Shown here: positions 56,769 to 64,000 of the stretch, one piece after another
Position numbering within the stretch: the first letter of the stretch is position 1
How the letters are laid out: the number at the start of each line of letters is the position of its first letter
Assembly: GCA_041688155.1 (NCBI GenBank)
Contig: JBDNIW010000003.1
Location: 95,397 to 159,396, forward strand
Direction of reading: 5' to 3'
DNA from: Minisyncoccota bacterium
GTDB lineage: Bacteria; Patescibacteriota; Minisyncoccia; Phycocordibacterales; UBA918
Length of the DNA: 64,000 nucleotides
Position numbers and translations under genes: made by a program
The notes under the pieces: generated by a model
Databases searched by the model: none
Told to the model about the DNA's origin: nothing
What the model saw: only the letters and a program-made list of their open reading frames with translations

Positions 56769-58510
56769 GTAAGCTACAAAAGCGCTATAGTAGCGACGTA
56801 TCGGTCGAAGAGGTTCTCCTTGATGCGTCAAACATCTCAGCGTTTAACCGAGAGCGGATGGAGGGTAAGCGCGAGTTGCGGATTAATAACCGCAGTTTGC
56901 TACTCGTATGGTGGATGTTCTTAGTGATTGCGGTGGTGTTTTTGTACCAGGTCATCCAGCTGCAGGTAGTTGCAGGTGCGACCTATCGGGCTATAGCTGA
57001 AAACAACCAAATCGACCAGTCGGTCATCATCGCCGAGCGTGGGGTGGTGACTGATCGCCGAGGCGAGCCGATGGTCTGGAACGAGGTCGACGATACCGGT
57101 GAGTATGATTTCCCCATCCGGGCGTATACTGACCGAGCGGGTCTGGGGCAGGTGTTGGGGTACGTTAGTTACCCCAAGCGTGACAGTTCGGGGGTATTTT
57201 TCCGGACTGAATATTTGGGTCGCAGCGGGGTCGAGTCGGCCTTTGATGTCAGCCTCAAAGGTGCCAACGGTAGTGCTATCATCGAAGTCGACGCCTTTGC
57301 CACCATCGTCAGTGAATTCGCTGTCAAAGAACCAATCTCTGGTGGTCAGCTGCAGCTCTCCATCGACGCCGAGTTGTCGGAGATCATGTACAACATAATC
57401 GCGACCTCAACCGAGCAGGCTGGGTTCCGCAGTGGCGCTGGAGCAATTATGAACATCCACACTGGAGAACTGATCGCCCTAACCAGTTTTCCGTCCTATG
57501 ACCCAGAGGTCATGGCTGATGGCGATGATGTGGCTCTGATTGAGCAGTATAATAACGACGATCGCTTGCCGTTTTTAAATAAAGTCATTGGCGGTGCGTA
57601 CACTCCTGGGTCTATCGTCAAACCGTTTGTCGCTTACGCTGCACTCGAGGAGGGTATCGTTACCGAAAACACCCGGATGTTTAGCAATGGAACGCTGCGC
57701 ATCCCTAACATCTATAACCCCAGCAATCCATCATTTTTCAATGACTGGCGCGCCCATGGCGAAATGACGGTACAGGAAGCCATCGCGTATTCATCGAACG
57801 TGTATTTCTACATCATCGGTGGTGGTTTGCCCGCCAACGCTGCGCCCCAGGCTGGTCTTGACAGCGCACTGCCTGGACTAGGTATCACCAAAATGGCCGA
57901 GTACTATCGGTTGTTTGGGATGGGGCAAGCCACCGGAATCAATATCGCACAAGAACAAATCGGTGTCGTACCAGATCCGGCTTGGAAAACTGAAGTGTTT
58001 GATGACGATTGGCGGCTTGGTGATACCTACTTTACCTCCATCGGACAGTTTGGGTTTTTAACCACGCCAATCCAGATGCTGCGCTCATTTGCAGCCCTGG
58101 CTAACGGTGGCTACCTCGTGACGCCACACGTGATGTCCGGACAGCAGAGCGAAAAAATAGACCTCGACCTCAACCCCAACTCGCTGCGGATTATCCACGA
58201 AGGGATGCGCAAAACGGTCAACTTTCCTGGCGGCACCGCGCGCTCGTTTGAGCGTAACGACGTCGCCATCGCCGCCAAATCAGGTACCGCCGAAATTGGC
58301 ACCGGTAACGCCTACGTCAACAGTTGGGCCGCCGGTTTCTGGCCATACGAAGACCCTGAGTATGCATTTATTCTCATGATGGACCGTGCTCCGCGCAGTA
58401 ATGCGCTGGGCGCCACCCGAATCATGGGCGACGTCGTGGAGTGGATGTCAGTCAACCGACCAGAGTATCTGGGGATTGAGGTTGCACAAGACGTAGTGGG
58501 TGAGCAATAG
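56765..58510 (+). CDS. mrdA: penicillin-binding protein 2 (peptidoglycan D,D-transpeptidase MrdA)
   Basis: 581 aa; transpeptidase motifs SxxK, SSN (AYSSNVY), KSGTA. Confidence 0.85.
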   Translation: MSKLQKRYSSDVSVEEVLLDASNISAFNRERMEGKRELRINNRSLLLVWWMFLVIAVVFLYQVIQLQVVAGATYRAIAENNQIDQSVIIAERGVVTDRRGEPMVWNEVDDTGEYDFPIRAYTDRAGLGQVLGYVSYPKRDSSGVFFRTEYLGRSGVESAFDVSLKGANGSAIIEVDAFATIVSEFAVKEPISGGQLQLSIDAELSEIMYNIIATSTEQAGFRSGAGAIMNIHTGELIALTSFPSYDPEVMADGDDVALIEQYNNDDRLPFLNKVIGGAYTPGSIVKPFVAYAALEEGIVTENTRMFSNGTLRIPNIYNPSNPSFFNDWRAHGEMTVQEAIAYSSNVYFYIIGGGLPANAAPQAGLDSALPGLGITKMAEYYRLFGMGQATGINIAQEQIGVVPDPAWKTEVFDDDWRLGDTYFTSIGQFGFLTTPIQMLRSFAALANGGYLVTPHVMSGQQSEKIDLDLNPNSLRIIHEGMRKTVNFPGGTARSFERNDVAIAAKSGTAEIGTGNAYVNSWAAGFWPYEDPEYAFILMMDRAPRSNALGATRIMGDVVEWMSVNRPEYLGIEVAQDVVGEQ

Positions 58511-58605
58511 CGTGAACCCAGAAAGCTCACAGACTAGTGCAACGCCTAACTCCATTGCGTCAGTCAGTGAACTATTAACAACCATTGCATTTTTTTATCC
58601 ACAAG

Positions 58606-58633
58606 TTGCATGTTGCATGTTGGCGCGTATAAT
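58606..58633 (+). promoter_or_regulatory. sigma70-like promoter for greA (TTGCAT-16-TATAAT), with tandem TTGCATG
   Basis: Hexamers at 58606 and 58628; ATG at 58663. Confidence 0.5.
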
Positions 58634-58662
58634 AGTGACAATTCATTAACCCATCGTAGATT

Positions 58663-59133
58663 ATGACTGAAGTACAATCGTTCTTGACCCCAGAAAAATT
58701 TACCGAACTCAAAAAAGAACTGGAGCACCTCAAAACGTTGCGGCGAAAAGAAATCGCTGAAGCGCTCGAATACGCTCGCAGCCTTGGCGATCTGTCCGAA
58801 AACGCTGAGTACCAAGAAGCCCGTGATATGCAGTCAGCTATCGAGGAGCGCATCACCTACCTAGAGAAAACCATCAAAGAAGCTAAAATCGTCGATGAGA
58901 AAAAGAAGGGTGACGTGGTTGGTCTTGGTTCACAAGTTTCTATCCAAAAAGACAAAGAAAAAGATAAAAAGGAATACACCATCGTTGGGTCAGACGAAGC
59001 CAACATCCACGATCGAAAACTGTCATACCTGTCACCCCTGGGGGAAGCGCTGATGGGCAAGAGTAAGGGCGATGAGTTCGAATTTGAAACGCCAGTCGGA
59101 CTACAAAAGTACAAAGTCCTCAAAGTAGCGTAG
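58663..59133 (+). CDS. greA: transcription elongation factor GreA
   Basis: 156 aa; GreA coiled-coil N-domain and FKBP-like C-domain; terminator hairpin ~59148-59190. Confidence 0.85.
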   Translation: MTEVQSFLTPEKFTELKKELEHLKTLRRKEIAEALEYARSLGDLSENAEYQEARDMQSAIEERITYLEKTIKEAKIVDEKKKGDVVGLGSQVSIQKDKEKDKKEYTIVGSDEANIHDRKLSYLSPLGEALMGKSKGDEFEFETPVGLQKYKVLKVA

Positions 59134-59214
59134 GTAACATCACAAATCAGAAAAGCCTTGTCCAGTTAGTGACGGGGCTTTTCTTTTAGTCGTTCTCACG
59201 CTAGGATAGTACAC

Positions 59215-60702
59215 ATGTCACAACAAGCAGATCTTCGCGCCGAGCGCGAACAAAAAATCACTGAACTGCGCGCTACTGGTAGCAATCCTTATCCGGCCAC
59301 TACCAACCAAACGCACACCATCAAAAAATTTGTGACCTACTTTGGCGATTTGCAAACCAAGGCGGTTTTGGTGACTCTGGTGGGTCGCGTGGTCGCCAAA
59401 CGTGAACATGGAGCATTGGCATTTTTAGATATTTCTGACGGCACTGGCAAAGTTCAGTCATTCTGTTCACGTGACGAAATGGGCGAAGCGTTATTTGATT
59501 CGTTGCTACATTTCGTGAGTACTGGCGACTTTGTAGAGTTGACTGGAACAGCGTTTATCACTAAACGTGAAATGGAAGCTCTCAAAGTAACAGGCTGGAG
59601 AGTTATTGGTAAAGCCACTCAAAACATCCCCACCGAGCACTTTGGGATCAAAGACGAAGATGAACGATTGCGCAAGCGCTACCTTGATATTCTCACCAAC
59701 CAAGAAGCTCGCGAGCTGTTTGACCTCAAGGCCAATTTCTGGAAAGCATCACGGCGGTTCCTCGAAGACAAAGGCTTTGCCGAAGTACACACCCCAACCC
59801 TCGAGACCACGACCGGTGGCGCCGAAGCTAACCCGTTTGTCACTCACCACGACGACTTCGACCTCGATGTATTTCTGCGGATCTCGGTTGGGGAATTGTG
59901 GCAAAAGCGCCTCATGGCTGCCGGCCTACCACGTACATTTGAAGTCGGTCGCGTGTATCGCAATGAAGGCTCCAGCCCTGACCATCTGCAAGAATTCACC
60001 AACATCGAATTCTACGCCTCGTACTTGAACTTTGACGACGGCTTGGCACTGCTTGAAGAACACATCATATACGTACTTGACGAAGCCTTTGCTGGCAAGC
60101 GACTATTTACCATCAAAGGCTTCGAGGTCGATTTCTCCAATCAGTTCGAGCGGATCGACTACGTCGACACTATCCTGGCAGCCACCGGGGTCAACGTTGT
60201 GACAGCCACCGATGAAGCAATCGAAGCTAAAGTCACCGAGCTTGGGATCGAGCACGAAGGCGACAACCGTGAGCGTCTGACGGACACTCTTTGGAAGTAT
60301 TGCCGCAAGCAGATCAGCGGCCCGGTCTGGCTTACCGGCCACCCTAAATTAGTCTCACCCCTGGCTAAGGAATCAGAGCAGGCCGACGGCACAGTACTGC
60401 GCGCGCAGCTCATCATGGCCGGAGCCGAGTTCAACAACTGTTTTGCCGAACTGAACGACCCCCAAGAACAGCGAGAGCGGTTTGAGGTCCAAGCCAAACT
60501 ACTCGCTGCTGGCGACAACGAAGCCATGATGCCCGACTGGGAATTCGTCGAAATGCTCGAATTTGGGATGCCACCGACATTTGGTGCCGCTACACTCGGA
60601 GAACGTTTCTTTGCTTATCTAGTAGACAAACCTATCCGAGAGACGCAATATTTTCCCCTTATGCGCCCAAAGACCAATGCTTCTGCTGAAGCTAATCATT
60701 AA
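59215..60702 (+). CDS. lysS: lysyl-tRNA synthetase, class II
   Basis: 495 aa; OB anticodon-binding domain plus class II catalytic motifs (FRNEG-like YRNEGSS). Confidence 0.9.
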   Translation: MSQQADLRAEREQKITELRATGSNPYPATTNQTHTIKKFVTYFGDLQTKAVLVTLVGRVVAKREHGALAFLDISDGTGKVQSFCSRDEMGEALFDSLLHFVSTGDFVELTGTAFITKREMEALKVTGWRVIGKATQNIPTEHFGIKDEDERLRKRYLDILTNQEARELFDLKANFWKASRRFLEDKGFAEVHTPTLETTTGGAEANPFVTHHDDFDLDVFLRISVGELWQKRLMAAGLPRTFEVGRVYRNEGSSPDHLQEFTNIEFYASYLNFDDGLALLEEHIIYVLDEAFAGKRLFTIKGFEVDFSNQFERIDYVDTILAATGVNVVTATDEAIEAKVTELGIEHEGDNRERLTDTLWKYCRKQISGPVWLTGHPKLVSPLAKESEQADGTVLRAQLIMAGAEFNNCFAELNDPQEQRERFEVQAKLLAAGDNEAMMPDWEFVEMLEFGMPPTFGAATLGERFFAYLVDKPIRETQYFPLMRPKTNASAEANH

Positions 60703-60989
60703 GAAGATGATAGCGGAATTCAAGATATCACCTTGAAGCTTGAGAGTCATGGAGATGAAAATATAAAACTAGAGCTAGTATTCAGCACAGATGGTGTTCG
60801 CGAAATAATCAAGGCACTTCAAGCTGCTCTTGATACAGAGAAAGCAAAATAAGTGTTTGAAAGCCCTGCTAACCAGTGGGGCTTTTTTAATTAGTGAGAA
60901 ATAGGGTGAAGATCTTTTTAGGAGCGTCGTCGAATCGTAAATTCCCTGAAGGCATCTCCCAAACGCCCGTCCCCGCTCGGTTGTGGCAG

Positions 60990-61064
60990 AGGGTGGGGAC
61001 AAGGTGGTTGTGGGTGGGTTGAGGTGGTATATAATGTACGAGTGGTGGGAGATAGTGGTATACT
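60990..61064 (+). promoter_or_regulatory. mraZ promoter region with helically phased GTGG/TGGG repeats (MraZ-box-like) and TATAAT / TATACT -10 elements
   Basis: GTGG/TGGG at ~60994, 61004, 61011-15, 61024, 61043-47, 61056 (about 10-bp period); TATAAT at 61030-61035. Confidence 0.55.
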
Positions 61065-61088
61065 AGATTTATTAGAAATTTAGAATGC

Positions 61089-61154
61089 TGAGTGAGTTTC
61101 CGCAGTCCATACCACTGTTCTCCACTAATGGTATGGACTGCGGAGGCTCACTCA
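61089..61154 (+). promoter_or_regulatory. 26-bp-stem hairpin (2 G-U) in the mraZ leader, ending 10 nt before the start codon
   Basis: tgagtgagtttccgcagtccatacca-ctgttctccactaa-tggtatggactgcggaggctcactca. Confidence 0.7.
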
Positions 61155-61163
61155 AATCAAGAT

Positions 61164-61598
61164 ATGTTAATCGGTGAATACAAACATACGTTGGACCCAA
61201 AGCGACGGCTGTCGCTTCCGTCAAAATGGCGGAAAGAGCTTGGGAAAAATCTTGTAATTACTCGTGGTCTTGATAATTGTCTCTTTGTATATCCTCTGAA
61301 GGAGTGGAAGCACATAACCGATAAGGTTGGACAGCTTCCACTTGGTCAGGCGGATACACGGAGTTTTAACCGCTTTTTTCTGTCAGGGGCAGTAGAAGTG
61401 GAGGTTGATTCAGTTGGACGTATTCTCGTGCCAGACTTCTTGAAAGATTTTGGGACGCTAGACACTAAAGTGGTGTTGGCGGGTATCCACAGTCGTATCG
61501 AGATTTGGGATGAGACACGCTGGGAGTCGTATAAGAAGGGAATCGAGTCACAGGCAGATGCCTTGGCAGAGAAACTCGGGAGTATAGGCGTCCTCTAA
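61164..61598 (+). CDS. mraZ: transcriptional regulator MraZ
   Basis: Start at internal ATG (MLIGEYKHTLDPKRRLSLP); two MraZ/SpoVT-AbrB-type halves. Confidence 0.85.
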   Translation: MLIGEYKHTLDPKRRLSLPSKWRKELGKNLVITRGLDNCLFVYPLKEWKHITDKVGQLPLGQADTRSFNRFFLSGAVEVEVDSVGRILVPDFLKDFGTLDTKVVLAGIHSRIEIWDETRWESYKKGIESQADALAEKLGSIGVL

Positions 61599-61621
61599 AT
61601 CAGTCGTAACTTTACAGATGT

Positions 61622-62515
61622 ATGAACCACGAAACAGTCTTGCTTAGCGAGGCAGTCGAAGCACTAGCAATCAGGCCGGACAGTACCATCGTCGATACGA
61701 CGTTTGGCGCAGGTGGCCACGCGACCCAGATAGTGTCGCAGTTAGATGCAACTGGTCAATACATTGGGATTGATACCGACCAAACAGCGCTACGTCATAA
61801 TTTGAATGAACTGGAAAACGTCACTCTGGTTCACGGTAATTTCCGTGACCTACACACATTGATGGGTTCTTTAGAAATTGAAAAAGTAGACGGTATCCTC
61901 GCTGATCTCGGGTGGCGGATGGAGCAGTTCTCTGGTAATGGGCGAGGGTTCTCGTTTCGTCACGACGAACCGCTCCTGATGACCCTCGGAGAGCCGAGTG
62001 ACTATCCGTTTACTGCTCGCGATATCGTCAACGAGTGGGACGAACATGTCCTAGCTGACATCATCTATGGCTACGGGGAAGAACGGTTCGCCCGACGCAT
62101 TGCCAAGCGAATCGTTGAGACCCGGGATGAGTCACCCATCGAGACGAGTAAGCAGCTATCAGACCTGATTGTCGGGGCGTATCCAGCGGTGGCTCGACAC
62201 GGACGCACACACGTTGCAACCAAAACCTTCCAAGCGTTGCGAATAGCTGTCAACGAAGAGTTGACTGCCGTTGAACAGCTGGTCGAACAGGGGATTGAAT
62301 TATTGGCACCAAACGGTCGACTAGTAATCATAACTTTTCACAGTATCGAAGATCGCGTAGTCAAACACGCTTTCAAAGCAGCCCAAGCGGCAGAACGCGG
62401 GAACGTTCTGACCAAAAAACCAATCACCCCCAGCAGCGAGGAGCTGGAACACAATCCAAGGGCGCGGAGTGCAAAACTCCGAATATTTGAAAAATCTAAT
62501 ATCTCCACAAAATGA
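61622..62515 (+). CDS. rsmH: 16S rRNA (cytosine1402-N4)-methyltransferase RsmH
   Basis: 297 aa; SAM-binding motifs; dcw cluster position. Confidence 0.85.
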   Translation: MNHETVLLSEAVEALAIRPDSTIVDTTFGAGGHATQIVSQLDATGQYIGIDTDQTALRHNLNELENVTLVHGNFRDLHTLMGSLEIEKVDGILADLGWRMEQFSGNGRGFSFRHDEPLLMTLGEPSDYPFTARDIVNEWDEHVLADIIYGYGEERFARRIAKRIVETRDESPIETSKQLSDLIVGAYPAVARHGRTHVATKTFQALRIAVNEELTAVEQLVEQGIELLAPNGRLVIITFHSIEDRVVKHAFKAAQAAERGNVLTKKPITPSSEELEHNPRARSAKLRIFEKSNISTK

Positions 62516-62817
62516 GTACCAGTCGCGAAATAATTTCATACTCACCATACACCCTTGGATTACTTGGTGTAATCGGGGCGACCTTAGTTGGTTACCTGTA
62601 TTTCCTTAATCTATCGGTGGTTCACGTGGTGATCCGTCAGGAAGCTGTACAGGACGTACAAAATACTAAAAACCAGATTGCTTTACTCGAAACCGAGTTT
62701 ATCTCGGCTCAACACACCATTGCTGCAAAAATGGCAACTGTGTCAGGATTTAACGAAGACCAAGCTAAGATTTTTGTGACCCGTAACGCCTCACCAAACC
62801 TCGTTCTGGGCCAATAG
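62512..62817 (+). CDS. ftsL: cell division protein FtsL-like
   Basis: 101 aa, single TM then coiled coil; position between rsmH and ftsI. Confidence 0.55.
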   Translation: MSTSREIISYSPYTLGLLGVIGATLVGYLYFLNLSVVHVVIRQEAVQDVQNTKNQIALLETEFISAQHTIAAKMATVSGFNEDQAKIFVTRNASPNLVLGQ

Positions 62818-62821
62818 ACCT

Positions 62822-64000
62822 ATGCGTCGAGAGCAACGAACATTTAGAATCAGAGCCGTGGCCGGAGTCATCTGTCTGGTCGCCCTTTCGCTGATTGTTC
62901 GGAGCTACGTAGTGCAGATTGCCCACGGCGAGCAGTACGCTGCTCAGGCAGCATCCCAATACATTCGCACCACCAGCGAGCTATATAATCGTGGCTCAAT
63001 TTTTTTTTCTACTCGTGACGGAGCTGATTTATCGGCGGCTGCTATAAAATCAGGTTATGTGCTTGCTCTTGATCCATCAAGAATTACTGAAGCAACCCTC
63101 GTGTGTGACGAGATTGTCAAAGTAATTGCAGTTGATCCTGAACTCTGCCTATTTCGGGCGACTTTACCCAACCGAACGTACGTCGAGTTTTCCAACGACA
63201 TTGATGAGGTTGCTGCGACAATGCTAGCAGAAAAACGACTCCTGGGAGTCTCTCTGCACCCTAACCAGTGGCGGTTTTATCCGGGTGGGTTGGTCGCTGC
63301 GCGTTCAATCGGGTTTGTCGGTTTTGCCGGTGATGGGACAGATTTGCGTGGTAAATATGGGTTAGAGCGTCAGTATGATGATGTGTTGTACCGAGAAGAT
63401 CAAGTGCGTTCGGTCAATTTTTTTGCTGAGTTGTTTAGTGACCTTGGTGGGTACGCAATTAACACCAAACAGCATAAGTCGGGCGACATTGTTACCACCC
63501 TCGAACCATCAGTCTCACGCATGCTTGACACTGTGTTGCAGGAAGCCAATGACTTATATGACAGTAAGCTAACCGGGGCTATTATTATGGACCCTAAAAC
63601 CGGTGAGATTATCGCTATGAACGCTGTACCAGGGTTTGACCTCAATGACCGCGGTGGAGCTACTATTGAGCAGTTTCGTAATCCATTGGTTGAGAACGTC
63701 TACGAGTTTGGTTCGACAATTAAAGCCCTGACGATGGCAGCTGGACTAGATAGTGGCGCAATTGTCCCTAGTACCACGTACTATGATAGTGGTGAGCTGT
63801 TGCTCAATACTTTTATCATTCGCAATTTCGACGGACGAGCACGAGGTACTGTTCCAATGCAAGAGATTCTTAACCAGTCACTCAATACCGGCGTGGCTTG
63901 GGTTGTGACTCAGATGGGCAAAGACAGCTTCCGTGAGTATTTTTTGAACTTTAAACTTGGCAGCGAAACCGGGATTGATTTGCCAAACGAATCTCACGGT
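62822..64000 (+). CDS. ftsI: penicillin-binding protein (FtsI/PBP3-like), 5-prime part; continues past window end
   Basis: ATG at 62822; N-terminal TM, PBP dimerisation domain, STIK (SxxK) motif near 63715; no stop before 64000. Confidence 0.8.
   Translation, partial: MRREQRTFRIRAVAGVICLVALSLIVRSYVVQIAHGEQYAAQAASQYIRTTSELYNRGSIFFSTRDGADLSAAAIKSGYVLALDPSRITEATLVCDEIVKVIAVDPELCLFRATLPNRTYVEFSNDIDEVAATMLAEKRLLGVSLHPNQWRFYPGGLVAARSIGFVGFAGDGTDLRGKYGLERQYDDVLYREDQVRSVNFFAELFSDLGGYAINTKQHKSGDIVTTLEPSVSRMLDTVLQEANDLYDSKLTGAIIMDPKTGEIIAMNAVPGFDLNDRGGATIEQFRNPLVENVYEFGSTIKALTMAAGLDSGAIVPSTTYYDSGELLLNTFIIRNFDGRARGTVPMQEILNQSLNTGVAWVVTQMGKDSFREYFLNFKLGSETGIDLPNESHG

Overview
Gene-dense bacterial chromosomal segment with a Patescibacteria/CPR (Saccharibacteria-like) gene complement, inferred from compact housekeeping genes such as a short holB, a short proS and a class I FBA. 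It appears to use the standard genetic code, because TGA terminates several well-supported genes. Main content: hisS-prmC region; ABC-2 exporter pair; class I aldolase; rpmG; an alpha-glucan cluster (GT4/GH57/GH15); truB; a complete V/A-type ATPase operon (H-I-K-E-C-F-A-B-D); a divergent flavin module (FMN-binding protein + ApbE beside an NqrB/RnfD-like::FNR-like fusion protein); ung and mutM; a tRNA-Asn(GTT) locus with a low-GC islet; two tandem fasciclin genes; csp, grx, hpf, def-fmt, priA; an XRE-HTH::MurA fusion; two mreB paralogs, mreCD-mrdA; a VirD4/TraD-like coupling-ATPase cluster; holB, frr, rseP, proS, greA, lysS; and the start of the dcw cluster (mraZ-rsmH-ftsL-ftsI). Six type II toxin-antitoxin modules occur in 64 kb. 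One of them, hicA, carries an in-frame TGA at its conserved Trp codon. Non-coding structure is rich: 42-bp and 38-bp perfect palindromes, a repeat-hairpin family shared between distant loci, and direct duplications of host gene termini flanking TA cassettes. No CRISPR array, rRNA or transposase was seen.
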